Source: Selaginella moellendorffii (taxonomy: Eukaryota; Plantae; Lycopodiophyta). From it: a DNA stretch of 64,000 bases. The DNA is taken from assembly GCF_000143415.4 (NCBI RefSeq), contig NW_003314264.1, positions 3,295,710-3,359,709 on the forward strand, read 5' to 3'. Position 1 is the first letter of the stretch, and each line of letters opens with the position of its first letter. Positions 1-10,810 of this stretch are shown piece after piece. The position numbers and the translations under genes were made by a program. The notes under the pieces were generated by a model. The model was given only the letters and a program-made list of their open reading frames with translations, was not told the DNA's origin and searched no databases.

Positions 1-1
1 T

Positions 2-613
2 TTGCAAACCTGGGCTCGCGGTGAGGTGATGCGCTGGAACCCGACCAACTACAAGGAAGCGTTGGATGTGGCCATCAAGGTGCATTTCAATGATAACCTG
101 CGAAAGGGGAACACGACGGGGTCGGGAACCACATTTAGCAAAGGGGCCAAACCAAGGGGAACGTATAGCAGGGGGAAATTCAAGAAGAGTTTCTCTAAGA
201 ATGAGTCCTCAGGGTTCCGGAAAGGCAAATTCGGTGGCCAGCGAGCGAGTACGTGGGGAAGTCAAGTGAAAAGAGACAAACCTACGGATAAAAAGGTCAA
301 GTCGTATAACAGCATAGGAAACAACGTATGCTACAATTGTGGTGAAGCGGGACACTTTTCGAGGGAATATCCCTACCCGAAGAAGGCCAGAGCCAATATG
401 GCCATCAAGTCAGGTGAAGTCCAAACTGAGGTATGTGATCCAGTCCCTAACTCAAAGTTACTCATTACACGAGCAACTTTGGTAGAGAGTCGTTCACGAC
501 ATTTACTAGCCCTCCGAGGGAAGCTTGGAGGTAGCTTTGTTAAGATCCTTATTGACACGGGTGCTTCGGATAATTTTGTGGTTTACAGGAAGGATCCACT
601 AGTGCCGTGCTAA
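2..613 (+). mobile_element. Ty3/gypsy gag-protease fragment (truncated)
   Basis: Zinc knuckle CYNCGEAGHFSREY (last Cys degenerate) followed by aspartic protease motif ILIDTGAS; runs off the window start and breaks at about 590-613. Confidence 0.85.
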
Positions 614-1023
614 ACAGCTACGGACTAGCCTATTTGCCACTCATAGTAAACCCAGGGAAAGTTTACTTTCACCCACGGTATATGAACCACCGATAGGCTA
701 ACATTAATCCTGCTAACTCAAAGTGTAACATCAAGTTGCTAATGTGTCTCACTCACGAGCCCAAGCTCAAACTCGTGCTAATATGCCTCACTCACAAGCC
801 TAAGTGCAAAGTCGTGTGAACGGAACAACTCAATCCCTTTTATGAGCCCAAAAGCAAGCTCACCTTATTACAGTACAAAAAAGGTAACCAAATCCATACC
901 CAAGGAACAATTGCGAAGTTTTTGCACCCAAACGTGTACCCACTTGGATCATTGTTTTCATCTCTGCGTATGCAATAAGACTAGTTGCCCAATCTCATTG
1001 GATAGTACTCACCGAGACTCATT

Positions 1024-1700
1024 CTCTGATACCAAATATAGCGCACATGGTTTTTACTCTTTATCTTATGGTGATTTACCATAGGATAACACCACGAAAC
1101 GGAACCTAAACCCTCTTTATGCCACGTGACACATGCCATGTGTCATATGCCACGTGTCCAAAGGACAGTGGTGTGAAATCTGAGTTTCAGGGCCTTGGGC
1201 TACTGAACAAAGGAACGGTGCTAAACTCCCAAGTATGGAGCCAAGGAGCAATGGAACTAGACCACGAAGCAACTCCCAAGTATACAGCCCAAGGAGCGAA
1301 AGGACAGGAGTCTGGAGCAACTTAGAATAGTCCTAGAGCAACCAACATCCCAATGCCAGGACCAGCACGCAAAACGGAGCCAAACAGAGTTTAGTGTTAT
1401 TTCGGCATACCGGTGGCCTAACACAAGGACATGGGTACTCCACCAGCTAGCATGGTGTGGAACTTGGGCTTAAACCCAAATCGAATGCAAAACAAGGACA
1501 AGCACACAAGTAGAAAGTAAACTATACCTTAGGTTGGTCAGCCATGCTCGACCTACCCACTATCCCTACTATACATTTGGAACCCCCTATAGCCCCCCCC
1601 CCCCCCCTTGGGAAACACACGCTTTGGGCTTTCACCTCAAGCCTCCCTTAGTATCAGGAGTTAGTCTTTGGGATAAGCTCGAAACTTACTAAATATGGAA
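1024..1700 (-). mobile_element. Decayed LTR element end (tRNA-iMet PBS plus LTR remnant)
   Basis: CTCTGATACCA at 1024-1034 is the reverse complement of the Met-i PBS TGGTATCAGAG. It is followed by a degenerate LTR terminus (tatagcgcac) and, near 1620, the CTTTGGGCTTTCACC motif shared with other LTRs in the window. Right boundary approximate. Confidence 0.5.
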
Positions 1701-2699
1701 TGGCACTAAATTGCGATTTTGGACACGGGATGAACACCATTGTGTTCAAGACAATCTCTACATTCCGTAGATATGCCAAATGAGCAAATCTAGACACTTT
1801 CCATAAATAGCATTTGGGACCAGAATGAGACTAACACAAAGGACATAGCGAGGGTGTTGGTAAGCTATCATTTAACAAATATTAAGGGACCAATCTCAAT
1901 ATCATGGGGGTTTTTAATACTAGCAAGTGCAAGCTAATGACAGGAGTTTTTCAAACCAAGCTGAGTATGCTCAACAAGAAACACATAGGGTTCCTACCTT
2001 ATGTTCATCCAATTTAAGTGCATAGTCATTGACCAGTTTCTCAACTAGCCCAAGTGGGAATTGATAACAAGTTCAACAATACCGACCTCCTGCCATTGTG
2101 GTAGTAAGGAAAGAATATCTAAGAAGACTAGCCGACAAGAAACTTTCAATACCCAAAATCACATTCGCGACATTGTTGAATGAGTGGGAAAGATTGGTTC
2201 GTGTGTGAACCAACGTCTCTCCACCTTCTTTTTTCCTAGAGGTGAGCTTTCTTGTTTTTTTTTTTCTTATTTCTGGGGTTGAGGTCTCTATATTTAGAAA
2301 ATAGGGAGAGATAAAAATATGCAAACTGACATCTTCAAGGTTTTTTCTTGATTTTAAGGATTTCATGACGCATTTCTTATGAAAACGGGAGGGTGGAAGA
2401 TGTCAGTTCTTGTGCAAACTGACCTCTCCCATATTCTTGTCATGTTTTTCTTTTTTTTTTGAGGCCTTCTCAGTCTTAAGAATTTTTGTTTGCTGAATTT
2501 TAGAGAGGTAAGGTAGTTGGTTCTCACACAAACTGATCTTTCCCAATGATTTACACTTTTTTTCTTTTCATTTTTTGTAGTTTACAATTTATTCTTCATA
2601 TCTTTTATTTACAAACTTTTCTTGTGAGAGAAAATATAAATTAAGCTTGACTAGTTAAAACTTCCAAGAGGGGACTTGAACTTGTAATACCATAAGTTT

Positions 2700-3324
2700 A
2701 CTTTACTTTACAAGTTTGGATTGGGAGCATTGACTATTCTCCTAAGGGAAAACTAACTCTTGAATACTTCATCAAGTTACTTTATTTATCTGTACATGTT
2801 CACTCTAGTCTTGAACTCCTCAATAATTATATCATCACCCACTATATGGGCATAGTTTTTCTTGATTACATTAGTTTTTCCTAGCTAAACTAATCCCACT
2901 AGAGTCTTCCCTTCACTATCCTTTTCGAACTCACCAAACCCCCTAAAGTTTGGGAGACAATTGCTTTGGGCTTTCATCGTTGGACTTGGACTTGGTCTTG
3001 GTCTTGGTTTCAATCTCAGTCCCTATTTCAGACTCTTTTTCTTAGACTCCATCTCAGACTCATTTTCAAACTTCATCCTAACATTTTTAGGTGTTATAAC
3101 ACTTGTCATGTATCAATCTTTCTTATGCCCCTTTTAGAGACTTATTCACTAATTGCTTCATACTCATTCCTTGAGCATTTTGCTTGGAGTTCCACACTCG
3201 TTTTTGACTTTCCAAGTTGAAGTTTTTTATCTAAACATGTTATGCTTGTTGGATTTTCACTTTGACCACTACCATGTGGCACTCTTTTGGCTCCAATTTG
3301 GGGCTTAGGGATTTGTGTTTCATA
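2700..3324 (-). mobile_element. Old degenerate LTR fragment of the element A/B family
   Basis: Colinear, heavily C-to-T decayed match to 10380-11443 (CTCACCAAACCCC, CTTTGGGCTTTCA, eroded CTCGGA array, GGGCTTAGGGATTTGTGTTTCATA end). Confidence 0.75.
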
Positions 3325-3511
3325 TACACCTCCTATTATCTATAACTTGTTGAGAAATAATAAAACATCTCCTATTATCTTTGCATATCAAAAGATAAAC
3401 CCACAATTCCCACATTCAGCCATAATTTATCCCCAACCCTGGGAATTGTCACATTTTAGGCCACATTACACCCACAACCTCCTTCTCAATCACATTTGCA
3501 CTTATGTCCAT

Positions 3512-4340
3512 TGTAGTGTATGTGATCATGGGATGAGATTTAGATATACTGTCACTATGGATCCTTGGAACCTTGGGGGATAAATAGGGATAAAATAACC
3601 ACTAAAGGCTCTCTCATCAAGCGGCTTAAAGGAAGAGAGATAAAATGTGCTACATGTGGTATCAGAGCAAATGGCACAAGTTTGATTCCTATTAATTAGT
3701 GGCTACCTAAAATATAATATACCTTTGAGCAAGGTATATTTTTACCCTTAAATTTAAAAATCGTATGTATTGGGCATCCATGTGTACATCTTTCCTCTTG
3801 TGGAGCAACCCAAACGAAAGTATCCACTGTGGGACTGTGGTATGGATGGATGACTAATTGCCTCACATGGAATAGCTATCTAGATGAAAGTATCCACTGT
3901 GGGACTGCAGTACGGATGGATGACTAGTTGTCTCACATGGAATAGCTAGTTTACACAATCGAAGGATTAATGCGGAAATGGAAGTGTTGTTTCCCCTTGG
4001 CTCAGTAGGGGTTGTTAGTCAATAATCAATGAGAACATTGACATCTCCGAAGAGGGGATGAGTAATAAAAGGATTGGTAAATTCAGTGTAGAAATAAAGG
4101 TGTTGGTTCCCCTTGGCTCAGTAGGGGTTGTTAATCAATAGTCAATAAGGACATTGACATTTCTGAAAGAGGGGTGAGTGTAATACATGTGATTATAAAA
4201 TAAGATTTGAATATACTGTTATCGTGGATTTTTGGAACCTTGAAGGATAAATGGGGTTAAAATAGCCATTAAGGGCTCTCTCATGAAGCAATTGCCCCTT
4301 TTACAGTTGGCTTAAGGGGAGAGAGATAAAGTGCACTACA
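3512..4340 (+). mobile_element. TRIM family 1 copy (short LTRs, non-coding)
   Basis: LTR 3512-3654 (TGTAG...CTACA), PBS TGGTATCAGAGC 3657-3668, PPT GAAAGAGGGGTGAG ending 4178, LTR 4179-4340. Two internal tandem duplications. Homologous to 60945-61618. Confidence 0.85.
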
Positions 4341-5151
4341 AGCTCCTCTTCAATCACATTTGCACCTATATCCATGACCTTTATAATTGCCATGGTTACT
4401 AGAATTTCAAACAGTTATATGTGGATTCAACATATAATAGGGTGTGTTCACAAAAGCTCCAATAGAACCACAAACAAAATAGAACAATCTTAATTTAATC
4501 AGCTTATACATTAGAAAATTCTTGACTCATCCTCCAAATCAATTGCCTTATTGCTTTGACTTCAACATATAACCTCATCTATGGCATCAAAAGTTTTGCC
4601 AAAATTCATCTAAAAAAGCTGGATGGTAGACTTAAAGGTGGTGTTAAAATTCAGAACCATAGTGCCATATCTTGCAGGAAACTCTTAAAGTCCCAGCCAT
4701 GATATGTCCCAAAATGCTTGATTGGCAACCCAGTAAACTACACAGTACTTTGGGTCGTATCCTCCAATCATACTGGGCACTTGGTTTGTAACAATCTATT
4801 GCATCCCCACTTTGAGCCCTCCATGAACACCTATAAGAGCCCAAAACAAAAACACACCATCAATTTAAAGCTACTTACCAATGAAAGAACACTAATTATA
4901 TACATTGGATAGTTTGGTAAATAGTTTCATATAAGATTTCACATTCTGTATCTGCATACATAGTATACATGTATACCAAAGTTTTATATACTAACATTTC
5001 AGCAGTTTAAAACTTGTCAAAAGACTTCTTTGGTAAAAAAAGTATAAATGTTAGAATCTCCATCATGTGTTCCATTCCATAAATTTCATGTTAATTGCTT
5101 TTTGTTTTGTAAAGCTCCTTTCTTTCAAGTTGTCAAAAACTCACCACCATA

Positions 5152-6296
5152 CTACTGAGCAACCTTTCTCTGTGGTATAATGGATGTTAAGGCCTTCACC
5201 CAGTCCTTACTATCCAGGTACTCGAGTATGATCTCCACCACCTGGTTGACGGTGAGTACCTGAAAAGAAATCTCACCACTGTAAGCAATGGAAACAGGAC
5301 GCCAGAGACGAACCGTGGAGGTTGTGAGCTTCACGTTTTCCTGGATAGGCAGCCGAGCAGTCGCAATTCCTTGCTCCTTGGCTTTGTTCAAAGTAAGACA
5401 CTTGAGCCTGTTGTGATCCACCACTCCACCGATGATGTAGATCTTTGAGTCGTCGAGGCTTTCCAGTATTGTTTCCGAGTCTGCCGTGAGATAGACCAGA
5501 TCCTGTGTCCTAGTCGCGAAAACTTCCATGTAGGACGTCTCCTCCCTGTGTAGCTTCCAGTTCTGATAGCCTGGTACGTTCTCGAGGTATTGCTTCATTC
5601 TTCCCAGAGACGTGAGCGATAGGCGCACGGAAACGGGAGCTCGGGCATTTGCAGCATAGCAATACATGATCTAGAAAAAAGAAAAGATGAAAACGAGCTT
5701 AGACGAAGAAAAACTTACTTGCTGGCTCATGTTTGCTATCTCTTGGTCGGTCATCTGGTCGCTAAACTGGAAATCGATCACCAGGTTCTGGCCAGCCTCG
5801 AGCGCCTTGTTGAGTTTTTCTTTCCTCCTGTTGTTTTCTTCAGCACGGACGCGGCTGGCTTCCTTGCTCCTCTGAATTGCGGCCTCTTTCTCTTCCGTGG
5901 AGAGATTTGCCCATTCCTGAGATTTTTTCTCCTTACGCTCCTTCTTCCTCTCCTTCTCCCGGGCCTTCATGTCCTTCTTCTTCTGTGCCATCTTCTCCAG
6001 CTTCAAGAGCCTCTTCTGTGCATTCTTGGACAGAGGCTTTCCATTTGGAACTTCTCCTCCTCCGCATTGTTTCTCCAGGTTTTCGTTTTGATCGTTTTCT
6101 TCCTTCGCTGCTTCGTCAATCGCCGGAAGCGCAATGGCCTTGAGCTTCTTGGCAGCATGCTCCTTGCTTGAATCGTCGTCACAGATCAGCTCCTCAGCTT
6201 GACGACGGCCTAGATCCCAAAATCAAAATCAAAATCTCCACGACCGGTAATGCGCCACTGAATCAATCTGCACGCACCTGGCGAAGCGTTCGCCAT
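5152..6296 (-). CDS. TRM10: tRNA (guanine-N1) methyltransferase Trm10 (SPOUT family), 4 exons
   Basis: Predicted exons 6296-6278, 6209-5719, 5670-5314, 5259-5152 with GT-AG introns of 68, 48 and 54 nt that keep the frame. Motifs LSKNAQKR, LVYLTADSE, YIIGGVVDHNRLK, TARLPI, VLTVNQV, IPQRK. Confidence 0.93.
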
Positions 6297-6490
6297 GATC
6301 ACCCTGCTCAAGGCGCAGCTCGCCCCGGGCACGCGCGCCGCGATGGATGACAATCCCACAAGCCCTAACCTGGATGAGCATAACATTGGGGTTTAGGGCT
6401 TATCCACTGTTCAAAAATTAGGGTTCTGTGTCCACCTCCTCCTGGCCCTCGGAAACAAGACAAATTCTTGCCAGGTCTCACCGTGTCTTC
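6297..6490. promoter_or_regulatory. Short divergent promoter between TRM10 and the SLP2-like locus, with telo-box-like motifs
   Basis: Head-to-head arrangement. GGGTTTAGGG (about 6389) and TTAGGGTT (about 6418) resemble telo-boxes (AAACCCTA), which are typical of plant translation-related promoters. Confidence 0.4.
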
Positions 6491-6515
6491 ATTGATTCAT
6501 TCGTAGATTTCGTAG

Positions 6516-7400
6516 TTGGAGGGAAAATTCTCAACAAGCACGCTCAATCGAGCGCAAATTCTTTCCATCCAGCAGCTGGAGCCGGAGGCAAGGCTAAAAA
6601 TCACAGCAGCGACAGCGGCATTGGCATCAGTCGCAATAGGGGACATTTACGGCGACTTGGCCAAGACCCGAGAATCGCTTTGCATCGCCGGCGTCATGGA
6701 CGAGGATGATCGATGGATCGGGGGAAAAACAGTGGTGGTCCAGGTAGGGGACGTGCTGGATCGAGGTGGCCAGGAGCTCAAGGTCCTTTACTTGCTGGAG
6801 AGAGGCCCAGCGGCATGGGCGGCGATCTTCACATCATGAATGGCAACCACGAGGTGGTGGGGACTTTGGCTACGCCACTGGACGAGTTCTCGGCATGGGC
6901 TCAGTGGTATAGGCGTGGCCAGGCTCTCAAGGAACGCTGCCAGGGATTGGGACGTCAACCCGACGCGTTTAGAAACGTGAGGAAGAACATCCCAGATGGA
7001 GTCCCTCCTTGACTCCCTACGTAAGATGGTAGAATCCGTGAGCAAAGACGGTGCTTCCAATGATGAGTTCAGTCGCGTGGTGAGCCAAGAACTGCAAAGA
7101 GATCGGGCCATAGAGCAGCATATTACGGACTGGAGAAGATAAAGGCCGAGGTGAGGGACTGGATTCAAGGACGAAAAGGTCAGCAAGCTCCAGGCTACTT
7201 GCGAGGAAAGGACGCTGTTGTGTGGGCATTCCCGTGAGAGTCTGTGCATCTGTAAGCTCCTAGAAGAGGTGTTCACGGGGATAACAGGGGTGAGTAGAAT
7301 GGTAGTTGGGCACACGATCCAGGCTCCTTTCGGGATCAACCCTGCTTGTAGGAACCAGGTGTTCGAGTTGACATAGGACTGTCGAGTGGCTGTGCTAGCC
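6516..7400 (+). pseudogene. SLP2: Shewanella-like PPP phosphatase (SLP2-like) pseudogene
   Basis: GDIYGD (canonical GDxHG altered), VQVGDVLDRG, MNGNHE, YGLEKI..EVRDWI and RMVVGHTIQ are spread over several frames; one internal coding block is inverted. Confidence 0.85.
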
Positions 7401-8162
7401 AACACTGCTCCTGAAGTTTTGGAAATCTGACACAGCACTGATGTCCGGGTTCTCTCGAAAGAGAAGGAGAAGGAGAAGGTGCACTGCCTGGTTTAGCTTC
7501 GATTTTGGATTGAGGTAAGTCGTAAGTTTGAATATCTTTGAAGTTCCAGTTTCCAAGATTCTGAGGTGGGAAGCACTCCCCACCACTTTGAAGTCCCACC
7601 TTTCCAGCTTGTATGATTCCTTCCCCATTCTCAGCCAACTCGATGTTCAGCCAAAACCATGGTCACAGGATTGAATGGAACTCGCATCTCACACGTCCCG
7701 GTAAGAGCATCAGTCTGTGGAGAAGATCTGGCTTTGCTCACATTATCTCTCTTGTGCAGGCTGATCTGACAAGTGGACCATAAACATCACAATCTTGAAG
7801 GACATCGCTACGAGCTCATGGTGAAGATTAGCCGCGGGGCCAGATAATTCAGCCAGCCCCATGGCTAATTATCTGTTGCTGGATGAAGTTTTGATAAGAT
7901 TTGAGTTGTGCTTTTTACTTTTAGAAGAATCTTTGAGTAAGTTGCAAAATTGACCTCAAAGGGTCATTTTGCTTGAAATTATTGCTTACCATGGTAAGAA
8001 AAGTATGTCTTTTGTTCGATATAAGAATATAATAATTGCTCATCTCGTTGCCATCATTAATGTTGTGTGCATGGGCACATCTTTCTCAAACTAATGATTA
8101 AAAGACATAAAACATATAATTATAATAAAAAGTGCATGCAGAAACACTTGGTAATATCGTTT

Positions 8163-9658
8163 TGTGAGTGCATGGAATATGGAAAGGGAATACAGAAATA
8201 TGCATATCAATTAGCCCAAAAACCCTAGCTTATATACAAGAGCGAGTGGTCCAGATTGAAATCAATTCGACAGCTACCAAAATCCCACTACGCTAATATT
8301 AGTATACGGCATCGTAGCCATACACTTAGCCCTCACATCATCCCCTCCTCTCGGAATAATGGAAGGCCGTCAGGGTTCTCTTGTAGATGGGCCGGGATCT
8401 GGAGGAACATCAGGAGGAGGCATCGGCGGATCTGTAGACAGTATTAACTGCTCCTGATCCCTTTGTATGAAGCGTTTCAACCACTGCACATGCACAATCT
8501 CCGGAGGATCGGCCTGCTAAACGTCATGCCGAACCTCATAAACTTGTAGTCCAACTTGCCACAACACTTGATACGGTCCTTTCTATTGCGAAAGGAGCCC
8601 CTTAGATAAACCACGTACCGTAAGATGAGGAAAATGGACTAACACCAAATCATCCACTTTGTACTCTGTAGGTGGACGATGATGGGAGTTGTAGCGCCAT
8701 TGTTGTCCCACTTGTACATAGCTTAAGTGTTTGGCAGACTCTGCTCGGACAAGTGGAAGAATGCTTGTCAAATATTGATCCCATGACCTAGCACCGGGAG
8801 CTCGTGACAATTGCAAAGGTAAACCCAGCTCCATTGGTAATATTGGATCATGACCATATAGAAGTTTATATGGTGAAGCACCAATAGAACTCTACACCCC
8901 TGTGACATAGACATACCGAAGAAATGGCAAATAACCATCCCAATCCAAATGCTGAAAGTTCACATACTTCGCAATCATCCCTTTGAATGTCCAAACAAAC
9001 CGTTCCACCAGACCGTCTGATTGTGGATGATAAGCACTCGTAAAAGTGTGGTGTATCCCCAACCGAAACATTAAAATATGAAATACCTCAACCATAAATG
9101 CAGGACTATTATCTGAAAGAATCCGCTCTGGACAAGAATGCTAGAACACCACTCAGTTGAAGAGGAAGTATCCAACAGCAGTTGTAGAGGCGCTAGTAAG
9201 AGCACCAACTTCCACCCAACGAGTCAAGTAGTCAGAAGCAATAATAACATACTCATTGCCAGCAATCGATCGTGGAAAAGGTCCCATAAGATTAAACACC
9301 ACCAATTCAAACGGATGGGAAACTGCAATTGACTCCAACCGTCCTTCTGCAGCACAAGGGGGAGTATTACGAGCTAGGCACCAAACGCAGCTACGCACAT
9401 ACTGGATAACATCACATTGCATCTCCGGCCAATAGAAAGACCTGCGCAGCTTCTCGGTCATACGACGATGTCCCATATGCCCACCTAGAACAAGAGAATC
9501 ATAGTAGGCATGGAGAAACCGCGGAATAAAGATAGAAGGCACCACTAGCCGTAAAGGATCATCAATCCCCGATGGCATAGAATCCTCGTCTAGAAAATCC
9601 ACAGATGCTAGAACAACAAGCTCATCAGAAACATGAGAAGAGAGCGGAGAAGGAAGAG
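8163..9658 (-). mobile_element. Older non-chromovirus Ty3/gypsy: integrase plus 3' LTR
   Basis: 175-bp LTR 8163-8337 (TGTGAG...CTCACA), PPT reverse complement TCATCCCCTCCTCTC. Integrase motifs GHMG..YWPEM..CVWC and YHPQSDGLVER, GPY region, no chromodomain seen. Interrupted by element A. Confidence 0.9.
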
Positions 9659-10778
9659 TGTAAGCGACTAAATTTTCCATTCTACTTTAGTCACTTAACC
9701 ACACCTCTGACCACTTGGAGGAGTCTCATTCACAACCTCCATAAGTCCAATCCAGGACTTGGGACTTGCTAGCCCCGAGAATGGCATCCATGCCACTCAA
9801 CATTTGCACTTGGTCCAAGTGCTCCACGTGTCCGATCCCATGACCGACACTCAAAGGTACCACCGACATAACAGCCCGTTACGCTAAGGCCATGCCCAAT
9901 CACCTTTGCCACACTGGTAGTCCAATACCACTTGCATCACCGTCTTGGCTCTCCAAGACTAGGCAAACCATCCGTGAGTGGTCATCTCAGATCCACTCCT
10001 TAGCATCCTTAGGATGCCCACCGACAAGGGGAATAGCCTTCCCCAATATCCCTCTGTCAGTCCCCACTAAGTCCCTTTCTGCCCCTGGCCGTGTTTGCCA
10101 ACACTGCCACTGGATCGAGACCCACAGGCCCGACCACTAAGTCCCACGGTCCTCTGGGACTTCCTCACCACACGACTGTGTCCTTGGTCACTACCCCAGA
10201 GGACTGCTCCTCTTCCTTTCCACAGTCTGGGCCTTTGGGACAACATTTCGGAACACCGTGGCCTTACGCGAGCCACCGGGGTACTCTCCTCGCCTTCTGC
10301 CCTTGGGTGCTCTAGCCATGGGCTTAGAGCGGGTTCCGTTGAGCCACACCAGGTATCCAAGTAGGTAGTGCCACCCACACTTGGACTGGGAGCATCGGCC
10401 AGTCGATCTCCCGGGGGAACTAGAGCCGGCTCTTGAACACTTCACCAAGCTACCCCACTTGTCGGTCTGTGTTCACTCTAGTCTTGGACTTCCCAGTGGG
10501 CAGCTCATCACCCAACACTGGGTCCGGCCTTCCTGGGCCAAACTGGCCTTTCCTGGCCAAACTGGCTCCACTGCAGTCCTCCCCCTACTATACTTTTGGA
10601 GCTCACCAAACCCCCCAGGGTCTGGGAGACGAACGCTTTGGGCTTTCACCCTCTCAGGCTCCGGACTCGGACTCGGACTCGGACTCGGACTCGGACTCGG
10701 ACTCGGACTCGGATTCGGACTCGGACTCGGGCTCGGGCTCGGTCTTAGCCTCGGCCTCGGTCTCAGTCTCGGTCCCGA

Positions 10779-10810
<32 letters not shown>

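Noticed and set aside
9781-9797. ATGGCATCCATGCCAC in element A LTRs as another copy of the transposon palindrome
   Set aside because: It lacks the GGCC core and 22-bp length, and is not conserved in the B LTRs.
10484-10525. Possible 5S C-box remnant in A/B LTRs (minus strand TGGGTGA...CTGGGAAGTCC)
   Set aside because: Only two short matches separated by an extra 7 nt, with no convincing A-box; could be chance.
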